Position numbers and translations under genes: made by a program. From Candidatus Pampinifervens sinense (lineage in GTDB: Bacteria; Aquificota; Aquificia; Aquificales; Aquificaceae), in contig JAXSPP010000006.1 of the NCBI GenBank assembly GCA_037927135.1, forward strand, positions 32,001-96,000: a DNA stretch of 64,000 nt. Direction: 5' to 3'. The first letter of the stretch is position 1. Each line of letters opens with the position of its first letter. The notes under the pieces are model-generated. The model worked only from the letters and a program-made list of their open reading frames with translations. It did no database searches and was not told the origin of the DNA. This document shows, one piece after another, positions 21,844 through 32,670 of this stretch.

Positions 21844-22080
21844 CTATGCCTCCGACCTTCTATATAAATCTTGTATCTCTTGCCAAAGATTTCCCTGAGC
21901 TTCCTCATCCAAATCCATCAACCTACAAAAACCTTTTAAGGTAAGCTTATCTACAACCACATCCTCTATATCCTCTTCCACCAGCTTTGAATAGCCATAC
22001 TTCATGAGCACTTCCCTCGCTTTTGGCACCTTCTTAAACAGGTCTGTTAGTTTTATATCAATCGTTAGCCTTTCCTTCAT
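21844..22080 (-). CDS. Small hypothetical protein (possibly DUF1858-like)
   Basis: In operon; P.AREVL.KYG...TL pattern. Confidence 0.6.
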   Translation of the reverse strand: MKERLTIDIKLTDLFKKVPKAREVLMKYGYSKLVEEDIEDVVVDKLTLKGFCRLMDLDEEAQGNLWQEIQDLYRRSEA

Positions 22081-22328
22081 AGCTCCTTAACCTTTTTCAC
22101 AAAAAGATGATATTCACCGTCCTCTTCGTACATACCTAAAAACTCCTGACCTGTAGCCTTGCACCATGCAGGTATATCCTCTACAACACCCGGATCATCC
22201 GCTATGAGTTCAAGCACTTGCCCAATTTGCATACTTTTAATCATCCTTGCCGTCTCTGCCACCGGTACAGGGCAAAAAGTGCCTACCACATCGTGCACCA
22301 CATCTGGTTTTATATCCTCAAGCTTCAT
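22077..22328 (-). CDS. tusA: Sulfur carrier TusA family
   Basis: GTFCPVP, DDPG, DIPAWC; start ATG 22328. Confidence 0.88.
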   Translation of the reverse strand: MKLEDIKPDVVHDVVGTFCPVPVAETARMIKSMQIGQVLELIADDPGVVEDIPAWCKATGQEFLGMYEEDGEYHLFVKKVKEL

Positions 22329-22329
22329 C

Positions 22330-23364
22330 CTACTGCCCCCTCTTGCTATATATTTTAAGAGATTCAATCAAGCCTTCTTCCACAGGCTCACCCCATAGGC
22401 AAACCTCTTTACCTTCAAGGCTTATGGTCACTTCACAGGGCTGGTTCTTTGAATACCTTGCCACAATATCCGCTATAAGCTTGAGATCCTCCTCCTTAGG
22501 GCTTCCCTTTATAAGGGCAAAAGTACCCTTCCCATCCTTCCTGTATGCATAGTTATACCTATTTCTGAACTCTTTAAGGAACCTTACCTCACCTTCGTTC
22601 CTTGCAATTATAAGCTTTACTCCGGAAGGAAGGCGAAGGTGCCTTCCTACTGCAAAGAGTATAAGATCATCCCTTGTTATTAGACCTTCATGCTGTAATG
22701 CCTCTTTAAACCTAGAGGCGTAGTTTTCATCCGTAAGGTAGCAACAGCCTCCAGCGGGCTGTTCATACTCAAGCCCATACTTCTGTGCCAACGCTATCTG
22801 CCTTTTCCTACTCCTTCCCTTTATATCCAAAAGCTTACTTCTGTCCACCCAGCCAAGCTTTTCTGGAATGGTTTCTGGTAAGAGCTTTGCGGAAAGAGGT
22901 CTTAAAACGTAGCCTTCAAGCCCAGCCTCCTTCTCTATAAGCATCAACCTTTCAAAGGTTTGGCTCATGGGCCTTTGGCCTAAAACTTCACCGGTCACCA
23001 AAAAGTGATAGCCTTCCCTTTCCATTATCTCCTTAGCCTTTTTAAACATAAATATCCTACAGTCTACGCAGGGATTGACGTTCTTTCCGTAGCCATACTT
23101 AGGGTTAAGGATGATGTCAAAGTACTCTTGAGATATATCTACTATCTCTAGGGGAACTTGGAGCTGGGCTGCTGCTTTCAAAGCAGGATTCACATAAGGC
23201 GATCCGTCTTCTCTCTTCAGGCCAAGGCGCCTCTTGTGTTCTGTGATACAAAAGCCCGTGTAGAAGTGTATGGCCTTGATTTCTACGCCTTGGTCCTGAA
23301 GGAGGCGGATCGCTAAAGAGCTATCAAGCCCTCCTGAGAGTAAAGCAACAGCCCTTACCCTCAT
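22330..23364 (-). CDS. PP-loop ThiI/MnmA-like putative tRNA sulfurtransferase lacking THUMP
   Basis: SGGLDS, NPCVDC, TGEVLGQRPMSQ, PAGGCC, VGRH. Confidence 0.8.
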   Translation of the reverse strand: MRVRAVALLSGGLDSSLAIRLLQDQGVEIKAIHFYTGFCITEHKRRLGLKREDGSPYVNPALKAAAQLQVPLEIVDISQEYFDIILNPKYGYGKNVNPCVDCRIFMFKKAKEIMEREGYHFLVTGEVLGQRPMSQTFERLMLIEKEAGLEGYVLRPLSAKLLPETIPEKLGWVDRSKLLDIKGRSRKRQIALAQKYGLEYEQPAGGCCYLTDENYASRFKEALQHEGLITRDDLILFAVGRHLRLPSGVKLIIARNEGEVRFLKEFRNRYNYAYRKDGKGTFALIKGSPKEEDLKLIADIVARYSKNQPCEVTISLEGKEVCLWGEPVEEGLIESLKIYSKRGQ

Positions 23365-23822
23365 GTGGACAAGAATTCAAACTCCCTGCTTTCTTCCTCT
23401 TCCTCTTCGTAGCAATCGGGTATGCGCATAGCCTCTTCTATCCTTCCTTGCTTGAGAAGGTAGTCCTTTATGGCCACATGGAGTGTTTCAAGTCCAAGGT
23501 TTGTGCAGTGGATCTTTTGTGGTGGAAGGCCACCTAACTCTTCAAAGATGTCCTTGTAGGTGAGGCTAAGGGCATAGCTTATAGGCTTGCCCTTTACCAT
23601 CTCGGTTAGCTGAGAAGATACAGCAATGGCAGAACCACAGCCAAAGGTCTTAAACCTCACATCCTCTATTATATCAGTCTCTGGATTTATCTTAAGGGTA
23701 AAGAGCATAGCATCTCCACAGGCTGGATTACCGCATTGGCCTATGCCGTTAGCATCCTCAAGCACACCCACATTACGTGGGTTCAAAAAGTGATCCAAAA
23801 CCTTCTCACTGTATTCAAACAT
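23361..23822 (-). CDS. iscU: Fe-S cluster scaffold IscU
   Basis: GNPACGD, KTFGCGSAIA, LPPQKIHC. Confidence 0.95.
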   Translation of the reverse strand: MFEYSEKVLDHFLNPRNVGVLEDANGIGQCGNPACGDAMLFTLKINPETDIIEDVRFKTFGCGSAIAVSSQLTEMVKGKPISYALSLTYKDIFEELGGLPPQKIHCTNLGLETLHVAIKDYLLKQGRIEEAMRIPDCYEEEEEESREFEFLST

Positions 23823-23909
23823 GTCAATCACCTCCTTTCAAGGTTATTTCTATGTATAATTATCTTTTTCAAAGATAGGACTTGCTATGACCTTTATCAA
23901 AGATATAGC

Positions 23910-24596
23910 TTATAAGTAGCTCTCCACTATATGCCTGAAGGTATTGCTAAGTCTGTGATCTTCTCCATCTAACTCCAGATACTCTTTTACCCTTACTTTG
24001 CTTGTAAAAAGTCTTGAATAATCTACTGGCACTACCTCGTCCTTTGTACCATGAAAGATGTAAATCTGGTATGGAACCTCTGCAGGAAAGCGCACCTCCT
24101 GTCCGGATATGATCTCATAACCTTTCTCTAATATATCCACTGCAAAGTCTTTATTTATAAGAAGCTCAAGACCGCTTTCACACTCGCTTATCTTCAAATC
24201 CTCCTTTCCTTCAAGCCAATTTTTGCATCTTTCTTCACCGACCTCCCTTATGGTAAGGTATAGGGTGGAGTAGGAAGGGGCAAAAAGGAAGACCTTTGAG
24301 ACCTTATTGGGCATGCATAGCTTGAGGTAATTTAGTATAACATAGGCTCCATGGGAGCTGCCAGAAAGCCAAATTTCTTCAAACTTTTGAGAAAAGCCCT
24401 TTATAAGAACATCCAATACTTCAACGGCTTTTGTAGTGGTGGTAGTGTGATAATCCATATCCATGGCAAAGAAGGAAAATCTGCCTTTCAGAGACCTCTC
24501 TCTCAAAAGGGCTACTTTACTTCCCGATACATTGCTTGCAAAGCCATGGAGGTGTATTAAAATAAGCTGAGGGTTGGAAGTCTCGTAGATGAACAT
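23910..24596 (-). CDS. YqiA/YcfP-like alpha/beta hydrolase
   Basis: HLHGFAS, GSSHG, HGTKDEVV, DH; probable start ATG 24596. Confidence 0.85.
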   Translation of the reverse strand: MFIYETSNPQLILIHLHGFASNVSGSKVALLRERSLKGRFSFFAMDMDYHTTTTTKAVEVLDVLIKGFSQKFEEIWLSGSSHGAYVILNYLKLCMPNKVSKVFLFAPSYSTLYLTIREVGEERCKNWLEGKEDLKISECESGLELLINKDFAVDILEKGYEIISGQEVRFPAEVPYQIYIFHGTKDEVVPVDYSRLFTSKVRVKEYLELDGEDHRLSNTFRHIVESYL

Positions 24597-25168
24597 AAGG
24601 GAAATTATATACGACCTAGAGCTTAGAAGAAAGCTATTCCACATATTTGCTCTCATGCTCTGGCTTTTACCCATAGCCTTTTTCCCAAAGCACCTTACCC
24701 TAATCCTCTTTTTGTTTGTACTTAGCGTAAATCTTTTAACAGTTATGGGCTTCTGGAAAGAAAGGCTTCACTTCTACTACAGCCTTATCTATAAACTTGA
24801 GAGGGAAAGGAACTATTTGAGGCCTAGCATTCAGGCCCTTTGGGCCAATTTGGGCATCTTTTTGAGCTTTTTAATCTTTTGGAAGGGAAGCTTCCATGGT
24901 TGGTGTGGTAGTGTTGGCAATAGGGGACGCCTTTTCAGGTTTGATAGGCCTTAGGCTTGGTAAAAGAAAAGTATGGGGGAAGAGTGTGGAAGGTTCTTTG
25001 GCCTTTTTCTTTTCTACCTTTGTGGTGCTTGCACCCTTTATAGGAACTTGGAAGGCCTTCCTTATCTCCTTTATTTCTTCTCTTGTGGAACTTTTTTCTT
25101 CAAGGCTTGATGATAACTTCACCGTACCTTTGACTGCCAGCCTTCTTTATAAGATACTTGTGCTATAA
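24589..25168 (+). pseudogene. Cytidylyltransferase/dolichol-phytol kinase family membrane protein, frameshifted near 24880
   Basis: RRKLFH in first frame; GD, KSVEGS, LDDN in second frame. Confidence 0.75.
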
Positions 25169-25309
25169 TTCTAAGCTAAGGGGAAAGGCCATGGCTTTCC
25201 CAAAATGCCGCCTGCTGGGGAGTTGGGAAAGCCTAAAAAGAAGGGCGGGATACAAATACCCCAGCCCAAGCTGTACCAAAAGGTACAGTTTGGTCAAGAA
25301 GGCTAAAGT
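25161..25309 (+). promoter_or_regulatory. Extended -10 promoter and structured leader of aroA'
   Basis: TGcTATAAT 25161-25169; several hairpins. Confidence 0.5.
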
Positions 25310-26101
25310 ATGAACCTTGGAAAGATACTTAGGCTTGAAAGGCTTATGAACAGAGATACCGGAAAGACCATAATAGTGCCTATGGACCATGGAGTTAGCT
25401 CTGGACCTATAGAGGGTATAGAGAACATAAGGAAGGCTGTGGAGGATGTAGCGGAAGGTGGTGCTAATGCGGTGGTCCTTCACAAGGGCATGGTAAGGGC
25501 TGGACATAGGGGAAGGGGAAGGGACATCGGGCTTATAGTGCACCTTTCTGCCTCCACCGACTGGGCTCCCACAAGGAACGATAAGGTGCTCGTTTGCACA
25601 GTAGAAGAGGCTATAAAGCTTGGTGCGGATGGTGTATCCATACATGTGAATATAGGCGCAGATATGGAAAGGGAAATGCTAAGAGACTTTGGGTATGTGG
25701 CAAGGGTATGTGAAGAATGGGGTATGCCTCTGCTTGCCATGGTATACGGTAGGGGGAAGGATATGAACCAGTATGATCCAAAGGTTGTAGCCCATTGTGC
25801 AAGGCTAGGTGCAGAACTAGGGGCGGACATAGTAAAGGTTCCATATACAGGAGATCCAGAGAGCTTTGCAAAGGTTGTAGAAGGCTGTCCCATACCGGTG
25901 GTAATAGCCGGTGGGCCAAAGATGAAAACGGAAAGGGAAGTGCTTGAGATGGTCTATGGAGCCATAAAGGCAGGAGCAAAGGGCCTATCCATAGGAAGGA
26001 ACGTCTTTCAGGCAAGGGATAGGGTAAAAATGGTCAGAGCCTTAAGCCTTATAGTGCATGAGGGCAAAAGTGTGGAAGAAGCGATGAAAATACTTGAATA
26101 A
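25310..26101 (+). CDS. 2-amino-3,7-dideoxy-D-threo-hept-6-ulosonate synthase (DhnA/class I aldolase family, AroA')
   Basis: [14 protein letters not shown] Schiff-base Lys, AGG, GRN; aroB' in same window. Confidence 0.8.
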   Translation: MNLGKILRLERLMNRDTGKTIIVPMDHGVSSGPIEGIENIRKAVEDVAEGGANAVVLHKGMVRAGHRGRGRDIGLIVHLSASTDWAPTRNDKVLVCTVEEAIKLGADGVSIHVNIGADMEREMLRDFGYVARVCEEWGMPLLAMVYGRGKDMNQYDPKVVAHCARLGAELGADIVKVPYTGDPESFAKVVEGCPIPVVIAGGPKMKTEREVLEMVYGAIKAGAKGLSIGRNVFQARDRVKMVRALSLIVHEGKSVEEAMKILE

Positions 26102-26112
26102 AGGAGGGTTTT

Positions 26113-26934
26113 ATGGGTCTTTTGGAAGGGAAAAGGGCTCTTATAATGGGAGTGGCCAACGAAAGGAGCATAGCCTATGGTATAGCAAAAGCCTTCAAAA
26201 GAGAAGGTGCGGAGCTTGCCTTTACCTACGCCAACGAGAAGCTAAAAAAGAGGGTGGAAGAGATAGCTCAGGAGCTAGGTTCTAACCTTACCTTTGAATG
26301 TGATGTTTCAAAGGACGAACATATAAAGGGACTCTATGATTGGCTCTCTAAGACCTGGGGAAGCCTTGACATAATAGTGCATTCTATCGCTTATGCGCCA
26401 AAGGAGGAGTTCAAAGGTGGTGTTATAGACACATCAAGGGAAGGCTTTAAGATAGCTATGGACATATCCGTCTATTCTCTTATAGCCATTACAAGGGAGC
26501 TCTTGCCCCTTATGGAAGGAAGGGAAGGATCCATAATTACCCTCTCTTACTATGGGGCGGAAAAGGTGGTGCCACACTACAACGTGATGGGTATAGCAAA
26601 GGCAGCCCTGGAGTGTACTGTAAGATATTTGGCCTACGATATAGCAAAGTATGGCCATAGGATAAACGCCATATCCGCTGGACCCATAAAGACTTTGGCA
26701 GCCTACAGCATAACAGGCTTCCACCTTCTTATGGAGCATACCATAAAGGTAAACCCCTTTGGAAGGGCCATAACCATAGATGAGGTGGGAGACACGGCCG
26801 TATTTCTGTGTAGCCCTTGGGCAAGGGCCATAACGGGAGAGGTAATACACGTAGATAATGGCTACCACATAATGGGTGTTTTTGGAAGGGAGGAGGAGAT
26901 AAGGAAGGAGGTTTTTGGAGAAAATAAAGAATGA
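26113..26934 (+). CDS. fabI: Enoyl-ACP reductase
   Basis: GVANERSIAYGIA, YNVMGIAKAALE. Confidence 0.96.
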   Translation: MGLLEGKRALIMGVANERSIAYGIAKAFKREGAELAFTYANEKLKKRVEEIAQELGSNLTFECDVSKDEHIKGLYDWLSKTWGSLDIIVHSIAYAPKEEFKGGVIDTSREGFKIAMDISVYSLIAITRELLPLMEGREGSIITLSYYGAEKVVPHYNVMGIAKAALECTVRYLAYDIAKYGHRINAISAGPIKTLAAYSITGFHLLMEHTIKVNPFGRAITIDEVGDTAVFLCSPWARAITGEVIHVDNGYHIMGVFGREEEIRKEVFGENKE

Positions 26935-29144
26935 AAACTTTTGAGCTGTATGGCCTTAAAGAAGAAGAATATAAAAGAATAGTAGAGAGGATTGGAAGGG
27001 AGCCAAACAGCGTAGAACTTGGCATCCTTGGAGCCCTATGGTCAGAGCATTGCTCTTACAAGTCTTCTAAGGTACATCTTAAAAAGTTTCCTACAAAGGC
27101 AAGCTGGGTGGTTCAGGGTCCTGGTGAAAATGCGGGTGTGGTAGAGCTGGACCAAAGGGTTTGGCTTGCCTTCAAGGTGGAGAGCCACAACCATCCATCC
27201 TACATAGAACCCTTCCATGGCTCTGCTACTGGTGTGGGGGGAATAATAAGGGACATACTTTCCATGGGTGCAAGGCCCATAGCCCTTGTAGATTCTTTGA
27301 GGTTTGGCTTGCCCATTGACAAAAGGATAGTAAAAGGAGTGGTAAGAGGCATTTCCCACTATGGCAACTGTGTAGGCATTCCAACAGTGGCTGGAGAGAC
27401 ATACTTTGAAGAGTGCTACAAAACAAACCCATTGGTCAATGCCTTTTGTCTTGGAATTTTGCCAGCTGGGAGGATGCTTAGGGCAAGGGGAAAGGCGGGA
27501 GACCTTCTTTTCTTGCTTGGATCCGCAACGGGTAGGGATGGCATACATGGGGCCGTTATGGCTTCTGGTGAGTTTGATGAAAGCTCTGAGGAAAAGCTTT
27601 CCAACGTGCAGGTGGGAGATCCATACTTTGGCAAAAAGCTCATAGAAGCCCTTTTGCAGATAATTGAGGAAGGCCTTATATCTGGCCTTCAGGACCTTGG
27701 TGCAGCTGGCCTTTCGGGTTCGGCTTCAGAGCTTGCAAGCAAGTCCAAGTGCGGTGTGGAGCTTTGGCTAGAGAGAGTACCCCTAAGGGAAGAAAATATG
27801 AAACCCTTTGAGATACTACTTTCCGAAAGCCAGGAGAGGATGTTGCTTGTCACTCAAGAGGACAAGGTAGAAAGGCTAAAGGAGATTGCCAAGTTTTACC
27901 ATCTTGAGGGGGAGGTGGTAGGAAGGCTAACAGAAGATGGAGTCTTCAGAGCCTACTATAAGGGTGAGCTTGTGGCAGAGCTTCCGGTGAGTCTAATAGT
28001 GGATGAAGCACCAGTCTATGAAAAGCCCTACAAAGAGCCAGAATATATAAAGACCTTGAGGTCCTTTGACCAAAGGGATCTTGCGGAGGTGGACATAAAA
28101 GAGTCTATTAAAAAGCTCCTTGCCTCTCCAAACGTCTGTTCAAAGGAATGGATATACAGCCAGTATGACCACCAGGTGGGCACAAACACGGTGATAAAGC
28201 CAGGCGGAGACTGTGCTGTGCTGAGGGTAAAATGGGTTGTGAGGCCAGAGTTAAGGAGCGACAAGCTTATAGCTATAACTTCGGAAGGCAATGGAAGGAT
28301 GGTCTTTTTGAACCCTTATGAAGGTGGCAAGTATATAGCGGCGGAAGCCCTAAGGAACCTTGCCTGTGTAGGTGCCAGGCCTTTAGGTATTACAGACTGC
28401 CTTAACTTTGGAAACCCAGACAGGCCGGAGATAATGTGGCAGTTGGTAAGGGCTATAGAGGGGATAGCGGAGGCTTGTGAGTTCTTTGGAGTGCCCATAG
28501 TGAGCGGGAATGTGTCCTTGTATAACGAAACGGTGGAGAGGGGAGAGATAAGGAACATATACCCCACACCCATACTGGTGGCCGTAGGTGCCATAGATAA
28601 AGGCAAGTTTGTGGACCATAGGTTCAAAGAAGAGGGGGACTTGGTGTTTCTTATAGGTGATATAAAAAGGGAGTTCTCCCTTGGAGGCAGTGAATTTCTA
28701 AAAGTAATCCATGGCAAGGTGTGCGGTGATGTGCCAGCCGTAGACCTAGAGAAAGAAAAGAGGCTTCACGAACTTCTTATAAGGCTTATTGAGGAGGACA
28801 TAATAAGGTCTGCCCATGATGTTTCTGTGGGTGGCCTTGCCATAGCCCTTCTTGAGTGCCTCTTTGGTAGCGGTCTTGGCATGGAGCTAAACCTCTACAT
28901 AGAAGACCGTCTTGACTTTTTCCTTTTCTCAGAAAACCCGAGCCTTGTGGTGGCAAGCGTAGAAAAGGAAAAGGTAGAAAGGCTAAAGGATGAGGTGGAG
29001 GCCTATGGCCTTGACTGGATGCTACTTGGTAGGGTAAATGAGAGTGGCCTCTTTACCCTTACCAACAACGAGGAGCTAATATTTGAAAGCAGTGTAAAAG
29101 AGCTTGAGGAGATATGGCAAAAGGCCTTAGAAAACATGCTTTGA
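26931..29144 (+). CDS. purL: Phosphoribosylformylglycinamidine synthase, small-type PurL
   Basis: WSEHCSYKSS, ESHNHPS, QDLGAAG, SESQERM. Confidence 0.97.
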   Translation: MKTFELYGLKEEEYKRIVERIGREPNSVELGILGALWSEHCSYKSSKVHLKKFPTKASWVVQGPGENAGVVELDQRVWLAFKVESHNHPSYIEPFHGSATGVGGIIRDILSMGARPIALVDSLRFGLPIDKRIVKGVVRGISHYGNCVGIPTVAGETYFEECYKTNPLVNAFCLGILPAGRMLRARGKAGDLLFLLGSATGRDGIHGAVMASGEFDESSEEKLSNVQVGDPYFGKKLIEALLQIIEEGLISGLQDLGAAGLSGSASELASKSKCGVELWLERVPLREENMKPFEILLSESQERMLLVTQEDKVERLKEIAKFYHLEGEVVGRLTEDGVFRAYYKGELVAELPVSLIVDEAPVYEKPYKEPEYIKTLRSFDQRDLAEVDIKESIKKLLASPNVCSKEWIYSQYDHQVGTNTVIKPGGDCAVLRVKWVVRPELRSDKLIAITSEGNGRMVFLNPYEGGKYIAAEALRNLACVGARPLGITDCLNFGNPDRPEIMWQLVRAIEGIAEACEFFGVPIVSGNVSLYNETVERGEIRNIYPTPILVAVGAIDKGKFVDHRFKEEGDLVFLIGDIKREFSLGGSEFLKVIHGKVCGDVPAVDLEKEKRLHELLIRLIEEDIIRSAHDVSVGGLAIALLECLFGSGLGMELNLYIEDRLDFFLFSENPSLVVASVEKEKVERLKDEVEAYGLDWMLLGRVNESGLFTLTNNEELIFESSVKELEEIWQKALENML

Positions 29145-29599
29145 TATATGTGGTCTTTGCTACAGCAGTCCTTTTTTTGGACCTTTCTACAAAAAAGATG
29201 GCTGAAGTCTACCTTGTAGAGAGGGACATGAGCCTTTTGCCCTTTTTGCACTTGGTGCTTGTATACAACAAAGGGGTTGCCTTTGGCCTTTTTTCTGAAG
29301 CTCCCGACTTTTTAAGGCTTCCTTTGCTTTTGGTAACACCCTTTTTGGCCTTAATCATTACCTTTCTTTACGCCATAAGGACAAAAGACATCTTTGTTAG
29401 CATACTTATGGGCATGGTGGGTGGAGGTGCTTTGGGGAACCTTTACGATAGGGTCTTTTTAGGAAAGGTGAGGGACTTTATATACTTCTCTTATGGAGGC
29501 CTCTCTTGGCCAGCCTTTAACCTGGCTGATGCCAGCATAAGCATAGCTATAGTGCTTTTACTTTTGAGAGGCCTCTTTCTAAAGACTGGAAAAGTATAA
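29114..29599 (+). CDS. lspA: Lipoprotein signal peptidase II
   Basis: NKGVAFG, GALGNLYDR, VRDF, PAFNLAD. Confidence 0.95.
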   Translation: MAKGLRKHALIYVVFATAVLFLDLSTKKMAEVYLVERDMSLLPFLHLVLVYNKGVAFGLFSEAPDFLRLPLLLVTPFLALIITFLYAIRTKDIFVSILMGMVGGGALGNLYDRVFLGKVRDFIYFSYGGLSWPAFNLADASISIAIVLLLLRGLFLKTGKV

Positions 29600-29626
29600 T
29601 TATCCTGTTTATATTATTCTATCTAT

Positions 29627-29899
29627 ATGATGGTGGAAAAGGTAGCCCACTTGGCAAGGATAAGGCTAACGGAAGAAGAGAAGGAATACTTTGAAAAACA
29701 GCTTCAGAGCATACTGTCCTTTGTGGAACAGCTCCAAGAGGTAGACACAGAAGGGGTGGAGCCTTTCACACCTTACTTTGATGAGACACCTATGAGAGAG
29801 GATGAGGTGGTAAAGGACTTTGATCCACAGCTTGTGTTAAGGCGGGCTCCACAGAGTAAGGATGGCTTCTTTGTAGTGCCAAGGGTTGTAGAATATTGA
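29627..29899 (+). CDS. gatC: Glu/Asp-tRNA amidotransferase subunit C
   Basis: VAHLARI, MRED, FFVVPRV. Confidence 0.93.
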   Translation: MMVEKVAHLARIRLTEEEKEYFEKQLQSILSFVEQLQEVDTEGVEPFTPYFDETPMREDEVVKDFDPQLVLRRAPQSKDGFFVVPRVVEY

Positions 29900-29912
29900 G
29901 GAGAGTATAAAC

Positions 29913-30938
29913 ATGATGGTAGAGGAGACTCAAAAGGAGATATTGGAAAAGAAAAAGGCTCTTGAGAATGCCCTTGCCAGTATAGAAAGGCGTTTTGGAA
30001 AAGGTTCCATAATGCCCCTGAAGAATGCGGAAAAGGTCAAGGTGGATGTAATACCTACAGGCTCCATAGCCCTTGACATAGCCACAGGTATAGGGGGTAT
30101 TCCAAAGGGTAGAATTATTGAAATATTTGGTCCAGAGTCCTCTGGAAAGACCACTTTGGCCCTTCACATAATAGCCGAAGCTCAAAAGAGGGGAGGTATT
30201 GCGGTCTTTATAGATGCGGAACATGCCTTGGATCCAAAATATGCAGAAAAGATAGGTGTGGATACGGAAAACCTTTACATATCCCAGCCAGACTATGGAG
30301 AGCAGGCCTTAGAAATAGTAGAAAGTCTTGTGGCAAGCAATGCGGTGGATGTGATAGTGATAGATTCGGTGGCGGCTTTGGTGCCAAAGGATGAGTTGGA
30401 AGGTGAAATGGGTGAAGCCCATGTGGGCAAACAAGCAAGGCTTATGTCCCAAGCCCTAAGAAAGCTAAAGGGAATGGCCCATAAGGCTAACACGGCCATA
30501 ATCTTTATAAACCAGCTAAGGGAAAAGATAGGAGTCATGTTTGGAAACCCAGAGACCACACCTGGTGGAAGGGCCCTTAAGTTCTTTGCGGACATGAGGC
30601 TGGATGTGAGGCGTGTAGGTGAGGTAAAGGACGGTGGGGAAAAGATGGGCAATAGGGTAAGGGTGAAGGTGGTAAAGAATAAGCTGGCTCCACCTTTCCA
30701 AGAGGCTGAGTTTGATGTGCTTTACGGAGAAGGCATATGCAAGCTTTGTGATCTTATAGATGTGGCCACTGAGTTAAAAGTTATCAACAAAAGCGGTGCA
30801 TGGTATAGCTATGGAGACATAAGACTGGGGCAAGGCAGGGAACAAGCAAGGAAGTTTTTGATGGAAAACCCAGAGATAGCCCAAGAGATTGAGAGGAAGG
30901 TAAGGGAGGTTGCAGGCCTTGCTCCAGCTGATACTTAA
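29913..30938 (+). CDS. recA: Recombinase RecA
   Basis: [28 protein letters not shown]. Confidence 0.99.
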   Translation: MMVEETQKEILEKKKALENALASIERRFGKGSIMPLKNAEKVKVDVIPTGSIALDIATGIGGIPKGRIIEIFGPESSGKTTLALHIIAEAQKRGGIAVFIDAEHALDPKYAEKIGVDTENLYISQPDYGEQALEIVESLVASNAVDVIVIDSVAALVPKDELEGEMGEAHVGKQARLMSQALRKLKGMAHKANTAIIFINQLREKIGVMFGNPETTPGGRALKFFADMRLDVRRVGEVKDGGEKMGNRVRVKVVKNKLAPPFQEAEFDVLYGEGICKLCDLIDVATELKVINKSGAWYSYGDIRLGQGREQARKFLMENPEIAQEIERKVREVAGLAPADT

Positions 30939-32016
30939 AAGGGCCATAGAACTTGGAGCTTCCGACATACATCTGAAAACTGGAAGCCAGCCTGTAGTAA
31001 GGGTTAAAAAGAAACTTCAAAGGCTTGAGGACTTTCCACCCTTAGATGAAAAGGTTATGGATCTTATAGTGAGGGAGGTCCTTGAAAGGAATAGAAAGAA
31101 AATGGCAGAGTTTGAAGAGTTTGGAGAGGCGGACACTTCCTATTCCTTGCCTGGTGTGGCCCGTTTTCGTGTAAATGTGTATAAGCAAAGGACGAGCGTA
31201 GGCCTTGCCTTCCGTGTCATACCCTTTAATATACCTTCCTTTGAAAGCCTCAACCTTCCAGAGGTTATGAAAAGGGTGGTGCTTGAAAACACAAAGGGCT
31301 TGATCTTGGTGACAGGCCCTACAGGCTCTGGCAAATCCACCACCTTGGCAGCTCTTATAGACATAATTAACTCAACAAGGGAGGATGTTATCATCACCAT
31401 AGAGGACCCAATAGAGTATCTTTTCAGAGACAAGAAGTCCTTCATAGTCCAGCGGGAGGTGGGTATAGACACTTCTTCCTTTGCAAGGGGTCTGAGGGCT
31501 GCTTTAAGGGAAGACCCTGATGTGATAATGGTGGGAGAGATAAGGGATCCTGAAACGGCCCTCATAGCCCTTCAAGCTGCAGAGACTGGACACTTGGTTA
31601 TGTCCACCCTTCACACCCTTGATGCAAAAGAGACCATAAACAGGCTTATAGGCATGTTTAACCTTGAGGTAAGAGAGCAGATAAGGCTTCAGCTGGCCGA
31701 GACCCTTGTGGCCATATTTTCCCAAAGGCTGCTTCCAAGGGCGGATGGATCCGGTGTTATACCCGCTGTAGAGGTGCTCATAAACACAGCCTCAATAAGG
31801 GAGGCTATTATAGACCCGTCAAAGTTTGATGAGATACCACTTCTCCTTGAAAAGGGAAGGCCTGTCTATGGAACACAGCTCTTTGATCAACACCTTGAAG
31901 AGCTCTACAGAAAGGGACTCATAGACTACAACACAGCCATCAGGTATGCAAGCAGGCCAGCAGACCTTGAACTAAAACTAAAGGGAGTGGCCTCTGGTGG
32001 TAGAGGATTCTTCTGA
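30910..32016 (+). CDS. pilT: Type IV pilus retraction ATPase PilT/PilU family
   Basis: [36 protein letters not shown]; start uncertain. Confidence 0.9.
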   Translation: MQALLQLILKRAIELGASDIHLKTGSQPVVRVKKKLQRLEDFPPLDEKVMDLIVREVLERNRKKMAEFEEFGEADTSYSLPGVARFRVNVYKQRTSVGLAFRVIPFNIPSFESLNLPEVMKRVVLENTKGLILVTGPTGSGKSTTLAALIDIINSTREDVIITIEDPIEYLFRDKKSFIVQREVGIDTSSFARGLRAALREDPDVIMVGEIRDPETALIALQAAETGHLVMSTLHTLDAKETINRLIGMFNLEVREQIRLQLAETLVAIFSQRLLPRADGSGVIPAVEVLINTASIREAIIDPSKFDEIPLLLEKGRPVYGTQLFDQHLEELYRKGLIDYNTAIRYASRPADLELKLKGVASGGRGFF

Positions 32017-32663
32017 TGAAGATAGCAATAGATGGCCCTGCGGGAAGTGGGAAAAGCACGGTTGCAAAGGAGATCTCAAGAAGATTAAACATACCCTATC
32101 TTAACACTGGTCTGGTATATCGGGCCTTTGCCTATGTGTGCATGGTGGAAGGACTAGATAGCAGTGAAGTTTTTAAGGTCTTTGAGATGCCCATTGAGGT
32201 AAGGTTGGACATAGCAAGGACTGTGGTCATCTATAAAGGGGAAGATATTAGCCAAAGGCTTGGCTCAGAGGAGGTTGGCAAGAGGGCTTCAGAGATAGCA
32301 AGTTTGCCAAGCTTTAGAGAGAGGATAAACCAGTTTTTCAGGTCCCTCGTAGGGCAGGAACAGGTGGTGGCGGAAGGAAGGGATGCGGGAAGCCACATAT
32401 TTCCCGAGGCAGAACTAAAGATCTTTCTTACGGCCTCACCAGAGGAGAGGGCAAGAAGAAGGTATGTACAACTAAAGGAGGAGGGGATAGAGGTTAGCTT
32501 TGAGGAGGTGCTAAAGGCCATAATGGAGAGGGATGAGAGGGACAAAAACAGGCCCCTTTACCCCTTTAGGCCCGCCGAGGATGCCATAATAATAGATACA
32601 ACTGGGCTAAGCCCAGAGGAGGTTGTGGAAAAGATTTTAAGCTTGGTGGAAGAGAGGGTATAA
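32016..32663 (+). CDS. cmk: Cytidylate kinase
   Basis: IAIDGPAGSGKST, EGRD, RDERD. Confidence 0.95.
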   Translation: MKIAIDGPAGSGKSTVAKEISRRLNIPYLNTGLVYRAFAYVCMVEGLDSSEVFKVFEMPIEVRLDIARTVVIYKGEDISQRLGSEEVGKRASEIASLPSFRERINQFFRSLVGQEQVVAEGRDAGSHIFPEAELKIFLTASPEERARRRYVQLKEEGIEVSFEEVLKAIMERDERDKNRPLYPFRPAEDAIIIDTTGLSPEEVVEKILSLVEERV

Positions 32664-32670
32664 TTTTCTT

